This document shows positions 1 to 12,400 of a stretch of DNA of 64,000 bases, piece after piece (position 1 is the first letter of the stretch; every line of letters begins with the position of its first letter). A program made the translations under genes and the position numbers. Source of the stretch: Antedon mediterranea (taxonomy: Eukaryota > Animalia > Echinodermata). The DNA is taken from NCBI RefSeq assembly GCF_964355755.1, contig NC_092679.1:21931432-21995431 (forward strand). The letters run 5' to 3'. The notes below the pieces were generated by a model that worked only from the letters and a program-made list of their open reading frames with translations, did no database searches and was not told the origin of the DNA.

Positions 1-3000
1 CTTGGTTGTTGTGAACCATCTTGGTTATTGTGAACCATCTTGGTTATTGTGAACCAGCTTGGTTATTGTGAACCAGCTTGGTTATTGTGAACCAGCTTGG
101 TTATTGTGAACCAGCTTGGTTATTGTGAACCAACTTGGTTATTGTGAACCAACTTGGTTATTGTGAACCAACTTGGTTGTTGTGAACCAGCTTGGTTGTT
201 GTGAACCAGCTTGGTTGTTGTGAACCAGCTTGGTTGTTGTGAACGAGCTTGGTTGTTGTGAACCAGCTTGGTTGTTGTGAACCAGCTTGGTTGTTGTGAA
301 CCAGCTTGGTTATTGTGAACCAGCTTGGTTATTGTGAACCAGCTTGGTTATTGTGAACCAGCTTGGTTATTGTGAACCAGCTTGGTTATTGTGAACCAGC
401 TTGGTTATTGTGAACCAGCTTGGTTATTGTGAACCAGCTTGGTTATTGTGAACCAGCTTGGTTATTGTGAACCAGCTTGGTTATTGTGAACCAGCTTGGT
501 TATTGTGAACCAGCTTGGTTATTGTGAACCAGCTTGGTTATTGTGAACCAGCTTGGTTATTGTGAAATAGCTTGGTTATTGTGAAATAGCTTGGTTATTG
601 TGAACCAGCTTGGTTGTTGTGAACCAGCTTGGTTGTTGTGAACCATCTTGGTTGTTGTGAACCATCTTGGTTGTTGTGAACCATCTTGGTTATTGTGAAC
701 CATCTTGGTTATTGTGAACCATCTTGGTTATTGTGAACCATCTTGGTTATTGTGAACCAGCTTGGTTATTGTGAACCAGCTTGGTTATTGTGAACCAGCT
801 TGGTTATTGTGAACCAGCTTGGTTATTGTGAACCAGCTTGGTTATTGTGAACCAGCTTGGTTATTGTGAACCAGCTTGGTTATTGTGAACCAGCTTGGTT
901 GTGGTGAACGAGCTTGGTTGTGGTGAACGAGCTTGGTTGTGGTGAACCAGCTTGGTTGTTGTGAACCAGCTTGGTTATTGTGAACCAGCTTGGTTATTGT
1001 GAACCAGCTTGGTTATTGTGAACCAGCTTGGTTATTGTGAAATAGCTTGGTTATTGTGAACCAGCTTGGTTATTGTGAACCAGCTTGGTTATTGTGAACC
1101 AGCTTGGTTATTGTGAACCAGCTTGGTTGTTGTGAACCAGCTTGGTTGTTGTGAACCAGCTTGGTTGTTGTGAACCAGCTTGGTTGTTGTGAACCAGCTT
1201 GGTTGTTGTGAACCAGCTTGGTTGTTGTGAACCATCTTGGTTATTGTGAACCATCTTGGTTATTGTGAACCAGCTTGGTTATTGTGAACCAGCTTGGTTA
1301 TTGTGAACCAGCTTGGTTATTGTGAACCAGCTTGGTTATTGTGAACCAGCTTGGTTATTGTGAACCAGCTTGGTTATTGTGAACCAGCTTGGTTATTGTG
1401 AACCAGCTTGGTTGTTGTGAACCAGCTTGGTTGTTGTGAACCAGCTTGGTTGTGGTGAACCAGCTTGGTTGTGGTGAACCAGCTTGGTTGTGGTGAACCA
1501 GCTTGGTTGTTGTGAACGAGCTTGGTTATTGTGAACGAGCTTGGTTATTGTGAACGAGCTTGGTTATTGTGAACGAGCTTGGTTATTGTGAACCAGCTTG
1601 GTTATTGTGAACCAGCTTGGTTATTGTGAAATAGCTTGGTTATTGTGAAATAGCTTGGTTATTGTGAACCAGCTTGGTTGTTGTGAACCAGCTTGGTTGT
1701 TGTGAACCAGCTTGGTTGTTGTGAACCAGCTTGGTTGTTGTGAACCAGCTTGGTTGTTGTGAACCAGCTTGGTTGTTGTGAACCAGCTTGGTTGTTGTGA
1801 ACCATCTTGGTTATTGTGAACCAGCTTGGTTATTGTGAACCAGCTTGGTTATTGTGAACCAGCTTGGTTATTGTGAACCAGCTTGGTTATTGTGAACCAG
1901 CTTGGTTATTGTGAACCAGCTTGGTTATTGTGAACCAGCTTGGTTATTGTGAACCAGCTTGGTTATTGTGAACCAGCTTGGTTATTGTGAACCAGCTTGG
2001 TTGTTGTGAACCAGCTTGGTTGTGGTGAACCAGCTTGGTTGTGGTGAACCAGCTTGGTTGTTGTGAACCAGCTTGGTTGTTGTGAACCAGCTTGGTTGTT
2101 GTGAACCAGCTTGGTTATTGTGAACCAGCTTGGTTATTGTGAACCAGCTTGGTTATTGTGAACCAGCTTGGTTATTGTGAACCAGCTTGGTTATTGTGAA
2201 CCAGCTTGGTTATTGTGAACCAGCTTGGTTATTGTGAACCAGCTTGGTTATTGTGAACCAGCTTGGTTATTGTTAACCAGCTTGGTTATTGTTAACCAGC
2301 TTGGTTATTGTTAACCAGCTTGGTTATTGTGAACCAGCTTGGTTATTGTGAACCAGCTTGGTTATTGTGAACCAGCTTGGTTGTTGTGAACCAGCTTGGT
2401 TGTTGTGAACCAGCTTGGTTGTTGTGAACCAGCTTGGTTGTTGTGAACCAGCTTGGTTGTTGTGAACCAGCTTGGTTGTTGTGAACCAGCTTGGTTATTG
2501 TGAACCAGCTTGGTTATTGTGAACCAGCTTGGTTATTGTGAACCAGCTTGGTTATTGTGAACCAGCTTGGTTATTGTGAACCAGCTTGGTTATTGTGAAC
2601 CAGCTTGGTTATTGTGAACCAGCTTGGTTATTGTGAACCAGCTTGGTTATTGTGAACCAGCTTGGTTATTGTGAACCAGCTTGGTTATTGTGAACCAGCT
2701 TGGTTATTGTGAACCAGCTTGGTTATTGTGAACCAGCTTAGTTGCTGTGAACCAGCTTGGTTGCTGTGAACCAACTTAGTTATTGTATACCAGCTTGGTT
2801 ATTGTGAACCAGCTTGGTTATTGTGAACCAGCTTGGTTATTGTGAACCAGCTTGGTTATTGTGAACCAACTTGGTTATTGTGAACCAGCTTGGTTATTGT
2901 GAACCAGCTTGGTTATTGTGAACCAGCTTGGTTATTGTGAACCAGCTTGGTTATGGTGAACCAGCATGGTTATTGTGAACCAGCTTGATTATTGTGAACC

Positions 3001-3050
3001 AGCTTGGTTATGGTGAACCAGCTTGGTTATTGTGAACCAGCTTGGTTATT
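1..3050. repeat. 19-bp minisatellite (consensus CTTGGTTATTGTGAACCAG), about 160 copies, continuing off the left edge; probably in a UTP25 intron
   Basis: Directly visible head-to-tail 19-mers with point variants (TTATT/TTGTT/TTGTG; ACCAG/ACCAT/ACGAG/AATAG). No unique spacers. Confidence 0.98.
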
Positions 3051-3227
3051 TTGTTATATTTAAAACGGCTTTAAAATTTACTAGAAAGTTGAATTTATTG
3101 TTCGGCACAATTCCTTGCTATCAAGAAGGCTGGATCCTCTATTAAAAAAGATATTTTCTGGATTACGCAAACAATAATCGCTTTCGCATTCTGTAACTAC
3201 TTTATATTAGACTGGCTACGCCTTCTT

Positions 3228-3387
3228 AAGCTCTACACTATCAAACTTTATATGACAAAAAAATGTGATGTGCCCATATATGGACATGACGATGTAATAT
3301 CACTACCATATGTGGGCATATCACTACCATATATGGTCATGTAACACTTTTTTGTCACATAAAGTTTGATATTGTAGATAGAGCTTT
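3228..3387. mobile_element. Palindromic MITE family A (termini AAGCTCTGTCTACACTATCAAACT...AGTTTGATAGTGTAGACAGAGCTT). Other full or partial copies at ~14274-14415, 14520-14650, 18005-18135, 19928-20063, 23037-23165, 36050-36166, 41287-41451, 61932-62152, 63903-63970
   Basis: About 10 dispersed 130-220 bp copies with long terminal inverted repeats and an internal ATCACTACCATATTT repeat. Confidence 0.85.
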
Positions 3388-3444
3388 AGCGAAAGGTGCA
3401 TATTATAAGAACAGTAAGTTATATTACCAATCTTGTTCTTGCAG

Positions 3445-6400
3445 CTTATTTAGAGATCAAGGCTTAACCAGGCCCAGAGTTCTGATTCTAGTTCCTTTTC
3501 GAGATGCAGCTTATAAAATAGTAAATATCTTTGCTAAGCTCTTGCTGCCTGAGGACCAACAGCAGTTTAGCCACCGTAAACGATTCAATCAGGATTATGG
3601 CGATGAAATGTTGGAACAAACCAAAATTAAACGACCAGGTATGTTTGTTTTTTTAAAAAGTGTATTTATCTTTAAAATATCCCCGTGGACATTTCTATTT
3701 AGGGAAACCCTTATTAAGGAGATAATTTTGTACACAAACAAAATGAAACATAGTTTTTAAAACTATGCCCAGCTCATATAGACAGGACACCCTCCCCGCT
3801 TTTCACACCACCTCTCCCCCCTCCCACCCTTCAGGGGTCATTCAACACTTTATCTGATGTCAGTATCCCCCCCCCCACCCTTCAGGGGTCATTCAACACT
3901 TTATCTGATGTCAGTATTCCCCCCCCCACCCTTCAGGGGTCATTCAACACTTTATCTGATGTCAGTATTCCCCCCCCCCCACCCTTCAGGGGTCATTCAA
4001 CACTTTATCTGATGTCAGTATCCCCCCCCCCCCACCCTTCAGGGGTCATTCAACACTTTATCTGATGTCAGTATCCCCCCCCCCAATTCAGGGGTCATTC
4101 AACACTTTATCTGATGTCAGTATTCCCCCCTCCCCCACCCTTCAGGGGTCATTCAACACTTTATCTGATGTCAGTATTCCCCCCCCCCCCCCCCACCCTT
4201 CAGGGGTCATTCAACACTTTATCTGATGTCAGTATCCCCCCCCCCCACCTTTCAGGAGTCATTCAACACTTTATCTGATGTCAGTATCTCCCCCCCCCCC
4301 CCCCACCTTTCAGGGGTCATTCAACACTTTATCTGATGTCAGTATTCCCCCCCCCCACCTTTCAGGGGTCATTCAACACTTTATCTGATGTCAGTATCTC
4401 CCCCCCCCCCCACCTTTCAGGGGTCATTCAACACTTTATCTGATGTCAGTATCTCCCCCCCCCCCCCCCCACCTTTCAGGGGTCATTCAACACTTTATCT
4501 GATGTCGGTATCCCCCCCCCCCCCCACCCTTCAGGGGTCATTCAACACTTTATCTGATGTCGGTATCCCCTCCCCCCCCCCACCCTTCAGGGGTCATTCA
4601 ACACTTTATCTGATGTCAGTATCCCTTAATAGAGGTTCTACTGTATACATATTATGTATAAAATACATAAATCAATTTAACAATTTTTTTATGTTATAGT
4701 TGACTTTGAAAGTACATTTGCGGGAAATATCGATGATCATTTTCGGCTTGGTGTGGCGATCTCACGCAAAGGTATACGTCTGTACACAGATTTTTATAGA
4801 TCCGATATTATAATTGCATCGCCGCTTGGACTAAGAACTGTGCTTGGAGCTGAAGGGTATGTCTACTCATTCAAATTTTGTTTAAAGATATGTTGTCCCC
4901 CTGAAAAAATAATCCTTAAAACCTTTTTTTTTTTAAATGCCATTTTAATATTACATAATATTTATCCACTTTGACCAAAAATTGGATCGAAAAAAAATGT
5001 ATTTACCTGCAAAAAATGTAATGTAAATCAAAAAAATAGTCAAATTAGCTGGCAGCCAATGGATTTTTGTTTGAATTTAACCATTTATTTTGTCATTTTA
5101 TATTTGTTTGCATGATAACATACAACATTTTCAACTTATCCTGAATTTGTTGATCATCACAGGAGCATAATGAAGGTGCTGTCCGCCAAATGAAGATTAC
5201 TAAAATCAGATTTTTTCTAGCCAATTTTGTATTTTTAATGAAGTTCGCTTCCTCAGAAAAATAAACCACAAACAAATAATGTTATGCTTATAAAAAGACT
5301 AAATTAATTGTTAAATTCAACCAAAAATCCTTTGGCTTGCAGGAAATCTGATTTTTTGCTTTAAATTTTTATTTTTTTCAGATAAAATATTTTTTTTTTT
5401 TCTCGATCCAATTTTGGTCAAAGTGAATAATAACCTATATGTGACATCAATTTGGCATTGCAACAACAAAAATTGTAAAATATTTTCTTAGAGGACAATA
5501 TATCTTTCAAATATTTAGTCAAAAACACAATTGTAACAATTTCAAATAATCTCTCTTTAACCCTTTCACTGCGTATACCCGATACTACCGGGTATAAACA
5601 AACGTCGTTGAAGTGCGTATACCCGGTAATACCGGGTATGGGCAAAACAATGATTTAATCGTATTTGCCTATAATATATAGCACCTCTATATTTGTTCGA
5701 TGAACTTGAATATTTTTGCAAGTCATTAAAAAAATTTTCCAGCAAAAAAAACGGCCCTCTATAGCTGTATTACTGTCTTGAAAATCATGCGCCCTCTATA
5801 GTTATATTATATATAGTATAGTGTATATAATAGTATTCTATCTTGGAAAGTTGTTTTGAGTAGCGTAATGGCGGCCATTTTGAAAGTAACCAAAATTTAC
5901 CAGCCCCAATAGGGCAACATTGTGTTTATCACAACACGCAAAAAAAAAAAATTCTGAAACAATAGTTAGTTTTGTACTATAGTGAATTTTTGGGAAATTT
6001 TTCACGATTTTGCCCCAAAACTTTGATTTGTGCATAATTTTTATAAAATAATAAAAATAATTCAATTTTTTTTTATATTTTTATTTGTTATACGTATCTT
6101 TATCAATATCCAGTTGGAAAAACGTATTCCATAAGAATTTCTTATAGAAAATATAGTTTTTATCATTGATTCGATAAAAAACACGAAATCCAAAATACCT
6201 GTAATGACGTCACATGACGTCATCAATATGCAAATTACATTTTTTTTTATACCTAACTGTAGACTAACCCTTTGCCCATCACACACCACAAAAATAATTA
6301 CACAATTATCTCAATTAGTATTTTTTTGCAATTTATTAAAATACCATATGTTTTTCTTAAATATACATTACGCACAGAGGTGGGAATAATGCTCCGCAGT

Positions 6401-9400
6401 GAAAAGGTTAAAGTGGAATTCAAAATAATTTAAGGTGTAAGAGTTGTGGATAAAAACCATTGTCATCTACCCAACACTGCACAATAGGGTGGTCAATCAA
6501 GCTAAGCTACAGTCAAGGCTTTTTGGCTGTATTTACTATTACTTGCCTTTACAATTAAAAAAATATCCTACTAAATGAATACAATTGAAGGGAAATACTT
6601 TATATTTGAAGTGTGTTTTCCCAGAAATCAAGTGTAATTGATGAATACAGCCAGCAGGGGTCCCAAGTCTACCGCTTTTAGTACCCATCTACCGCGCTAC
6701 CGCTATCTCAACGTTTTCTACCGCATTTTGATTTTTGTACCGCATTTTCAAATTTCCCCATATTTTTGGACAAATTGATTTACGGGTTACACCCAGGCTC
6801 AGCCCAGGTCAACAGTAGTCAATAACCAGACAAAAGTGAGGCAGGATGTTGAAACAATGTCTATTCATGCAGTCTCCGTGGTCTATTATTGTATTTTTAT
6901 TTGTATGCACTGCCTTTGTTAAACCGTAACAATAATATAAACATGCACGGTACTACACGCCGGACGTAGAAGAAAAAGAAGCGTGCAACCAACCGTGAAT
7001 CAATCACGTGGTAACCGGAATACGCGATTATCAATTTTGGGAAGATCCAAGTTTTAACTAAATAAACGCTTTGATTACACAGTGGTTGAGACACGTTTTT
7101 AATAGTTATTACATTTTTAAACACCCTCATAATTAATGGACTCTACCAATGTTGATCCGCTGCAAAGAACAACAGATCGCACATCGCACGAGGTTGTTGA
7201 GGCGGTGTTTTAATTGGTTTTACTGTACGATCCAATAATACGAACATGTTAAATGATTTAAAAGGCATGGATTCGCCAAGCAAGTAGGCCTACATTTAAT
7301 AAAAATTTACCTAAGATTGTCGTAAGCTCTTTTGTTCAAACTTGTTATTTATATAGCAATAATCCACCCGTTCCGGCATGCACGCTAGGCCTCTAGTCTA
7401 AGCCTACTCCTCGAACGACCGATGTCGCTGGTGGGGAATTTCCCAGCGATAAGAAATCGGCGAAGTAGCTCATAAACGGCCTACATTTTAATGTTATATC
7501 TTTAATGCCAGTGTAATTACGTATGGATAAAACAATATAAAACTCAATGTTTTTCATCTGAAATTATATGTTAACTCGCGTAATGTAGCATAAGACGGAT
7601 TCGGAATAGTTATTTCGATTGTTTTTGGGTTTTAAAATGGTAGCTAGCTAGGGCCTAGAAGTAGAAGCCATAGGCTAGGCCTGTGCCTAAAAAAAATGAG
7701 TAAATTCTATTGGGCAATACTATCATGTATAAATATTGTACATTATGTAATTAAGTTAAATTATTTTATATGCTGAATTTTAGTTAAAATACAGTATATA
7801 TTTTTTAAATTCTTTGTACTGAGGGTGTGTCCATAAAAAAAATAAGAATGTAAAAATACTTATGGATAAACCTACAGTATGTAAAATTTAAGCCAACTTA
7901 TGTGTAAATATTGTATATACTGTATATGTAACATATTTAGTTAATTAAGAGACGTAAACGACACGCGTGTTGATTTTCGATTCCCAGCGCGTTGACTTTC
8001 GCCGCCCCGGCGAATTGAATGTGGTTCACGACAAAATCTCCTGCGAATGGACTTTCCCAAGTTGGGACCTCTGCAGCCACTAGCATTTATAATTTTAGGA
8101 CACTGAAAACTGGAATCCTTCCAAAAACAACTTATGTTTTACAATTAAAATATCATCCAGGATACTCAAGACCTTTCACACCTGCTCCTGTATATTGAAT
8201 TATTTATAATATGTGGGTCACTTTGTACTGTATTTTTTTGTATTGATTTTTCAACACACACACACATCTGTTGTAAACTAAAATAAATTTGAAACTAGAC
8301 ATGTAACTCGTCACTTTGACGAGTTAGTTATCCGCACGACAAAGGCCACGTGCACGTCATACGTTAGAATATTGCACACAGAAAAAGATTATGGCAATAT
8401 GACCTGAACTGAAGAATATGATATGTTGTTATTGCTGAATTCTGTTATTTTTTGTCATATAGTATACAATATAATCTGTATACATATTACATACAGTGTA
8501 GAATAGGTGAAATGACTGGACCCGCCATTTATTACAATTTTTAACATGGCGACGGTATCAAAATGAAACACTAAGATAGCAATTTCGGAAGGAAATTATC
8601 TCGGCAACAACATATTAATGTGTAGAAGAAATTTAAATACGTAAAATATTGATGCGCGCTCTTTTAAATGGAATAAATTATGACGCAAAAGATGAAAATA
8701 CGACTTTTTTATTTAACTGGTCATATGATGACGTCACAACATCCGATTGGCAAAATTTTCACATGATTTTATATCTACAATCCAATAGCTTCCAGAAAAT
8801 GTTTTAATCGTGATTATCAAATTTTATTTTTAAGGGCTATTACAGATTAAAATTTACTGTAAAGATGAAATTAATGACCCACGTAATTAAAATTTTTAGG
8901 CATGATGACGTCATAAAAATTAAAATATTTTTATCCCATGCGAAAGATAGTTGATTGACCTAGACAATATTAAAATCTCGGAGAAAAAGGAATACGTATA
9001 AGCGTGATGCGCTCCATTGAATATGATGAGCAATAACGAAAGACAATAAAATCCTATATTTTACATTCGTGTGGCCATATGATGACGTCACAACATCCGT
9101 GAGGTAAAAATTCTGCATGAATTCATATCTACAACATATCTGCTTACATATTAAGTTAAAAAAATTAGGGGTAATCGTTGATCCTGAGAAGCTATAAAAG
9201 ATTCAAAATAGGCATAATTTTGACAACATTTTGTAACTTTTTCAACTAAAACGCGCGCAAATGGGCTAAATCAACGTGTTCGTATGACGTAATTTTAATT
9301 TGAAATGATGTCAATCTTTTTGAAAATGAGTAGGAAAAGCTGGAAAATCACAATTCAAGAGAAAAAAACATGATTTTCATCCTCTATGCGCACCGTACGC

Positions 9401-12400
9401 GTAATATTTTTCGCGCGCGCGGTAATTTTTGACATGCTTAAAATTACATGAAACGCGTAGAAAATTGATTAGAAATTATTTTTGCGCATTTTGAAATTTT
9501 AAATGCGCGTGCGCGCGTAACTTTGTGTAAAACACGCAATTTTTTTCCAACAGAAAGTTAGCGCATGATATAAATTAAAATTTCACAAAGTGTCAATTAA
9601 AAATCACTTTTAGTTTTTAATCTATGATCAATCATAACAAATCATAAATCGCGCGTAAGTCACGTTGCGCAACTCTGACGTCATTAAAAAATAGGAGGTA
9701 CACAACTTCACGTAAATGCCCACATGTTTTCAAAGTTATGAAATGTTATGTTTACACATGTTAGAGAAACGCTCTACACAAAAATGGAAGGAAAGAAATA
9801 AGAACTAGACATGTAACTCGTCACTTTGACGAGTTAGTTATCCGCACGACAAACGCCACGTGCACGTCATACGTTAGAATATTGCACACAGAAAAAATTA
9901 TGGCATTATGACCTGATCTGAAGAATATGATATGTTGTTAGTGCTGAATTCTGTCAATTTTGTGTCATATAGTATATACATGCAAACAGTATAATCTGTA
10001 TACATGTTACATACAGTGTAGAATAGGTGAAATTACGGGACCCGCCATTTATTCAAATTTGTAACACGGCGACGGTATCAAGATGAAACACTAAGATAGC
10101 AATTTCGGAAGCAAATTATCTCAGCAACAACATATTAACGTGTAGAAGAAATTTGAATACGTTTAATATTGATGCGCGCTCTTTTGAATATAATGAACTA
10201 TGATGCAAAAGATGAAAATACGACTTTTTTTATTTAACTTGCAATATGATGACGTCACAGCATCTGATTGGCAAAATGTTCACATGATTTCATATCTACA
10301 ATCCAAGAGCTTCCAGAAAATGTTTTAATGGTGATTATCACATTTTATTTTGACGGGCTATTACAGATTAAAATTTACTGTAAAGATGAAATTAATGACC
10401 CACGTAATTAAAATTTTTAGGCATGATGACGTCATAAAAATTAAAATATTTTTATCTCATGCGAAAGATTGTTGATTGACCTAGACAATATTAAAATCTC
10501 GGAGAAAAAGAAATACGTACAAGCGTGATGCGCTCCATTGAATGTGATGAGCAATAACGAAAGACAAAAAAAATCCTATATTTTACATTCGTGTGGCCAT
10601 ATGATGACGTCACAACATCCGTGAGGTAAAAATTCTGCATGAATTCATATCTACAACATATCTGCTTACATATTAAGTTAAAAAAATTAGGGGTAATCGT
10701 TGATCCTGAGAAGCTATAAAACATTCAAAATAGGCATAATTTTGACAACATTTTGTAACTTTTTCAACTAAAATGCGCGCAAATGGGCTAAATCAACGTG
10801 TTCGTATGACGTAATTTTAATTTGAAATGATGTCAATCTTTTTGAAAATGACTAGGAAAGGCTGGAAAATCACAATTCAAGAGAAAAAAACATGATTTTC
10901 ATGCTCTATGCGCACCGTGCGCGTAATATTTTTCGCGCGCGCGGTAATTTTGTACATGCTTAAAATGACATGAAACGCGTAGAAAGTTGATTAGAAATTA
11001 TTTTTGCGCATTTTGAAATTTTAAATGCGCGTGCGCGCGTAACTTTGTGTAAAACACGCAATTTTTTTCAAACAGAAAGTTAGCGCATGATATAAATTAA
11101 ACTTTCACAAAGTGTCAATTAAAAATCACTTTTAGTTTTTAATCTATGATCAATCATAAAAAATCATAAAATCGCGCGTAAGTCACGTTGCGCAACTCTG
11201 ACGTAATTCAAAAATAGGAGGTGCACAACTTTACGTAAATGCCCACATGTTGTCAAAGTTATAAAATGTTATGTTTACACATTTTAGAGAAACGCTCTAC
11301 ACAAAAATAGCGAGAAAGAAAGAAGAATAATACAGAAAAAAATATTGATCCCATACAATAACAAGGAGTTATCCGCCAAGTGCGGATAACTAATAATACA
11401 GAAAAAAAAAAAAATGATGATCCCATACAATCACAAGGAGTTATCCGCCAAGTGCGGATAACTAATAATATAAAAACATGAAAAAGAAGACAAAACACAT
11501 ACTTAATAGTCAGCATATGCTAACTTTACAATGGGATATTAAAATAAATGATCGATTTAATGTAAGTAAGAACATTAATATACAAATATGTGTAATAAAA
11601 AACAAATGTTAAATTTACAGTAAATGTATTATTGTTACTGTACAGTATATATAATAATATACTGTATATAAATCCAATTGCACAATATATTTAAAGATGT
11701 ATTGTCCCCTGAATTATTAACATTTTTTTTGTTGAATATGCCATTTTAATGTCACATAATAGTTATTCACTTTGAGCAAAAATTGAATCGAAAAAAATAT
11801 ATTTACACATCACATTGGCTGCCAGCCAAGGTTTTTAGTTGAATTTAACTCTTTATAATTTTTATTCATTTTCATGTTTATGGAGGACAATATACTTTAA
11901 TTAATACATTTTAGTATATCACTGGGCGGTTTAGATCATAATTGTTCTGTGTTCGTGGTGTATATATATATACTGTATATAACACAAAGGTAAATTATTG
12001 AAATTAATGCTGTGGATATCAGTAGCTGGATTTTAAAGATGTATTGTCCCTTGAAACACAAAAAATGAAGGTCAAAATATTCTAAATCTAATTTGGCCAT
12101 ATCAATGTAATATTAAAGTTATTCACTTTAAGTCGAAAATTCGAGCCAAAAGCAACAAGTTTACATAATTAACAGGTAAATTAGTTTGATTACATTTCGT
12201 CTGGAAAATCGTCGTGAGCAAAAGTAAACAAAGATTTCAAACCACGAGTACGCATTATGCATATGCTAATTAGGATTGTTTACAACTCGCCACAGTTGAG
12301 AAAGTGTTTTCAAACAGATCGTGAGGAAGTTTTATGATTATGCATATACAGAGTAGCCAAACAAGCGCGTTTCATTATGGGATATGTTTTGACCGAAAAC

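Noticed and set aside
1-3050. CRISPR-like or telomeric array
   Set aside because: The units are contiguous with no unique spacers, there are no cas genes, the context is eukaryotic, and it is not a TTAGGG-type repeat.
4388-4699. 103-aa proline-rich ORF
   Set aside because: It is a translation of the poly-C tandem array inside a UTP25 intron.
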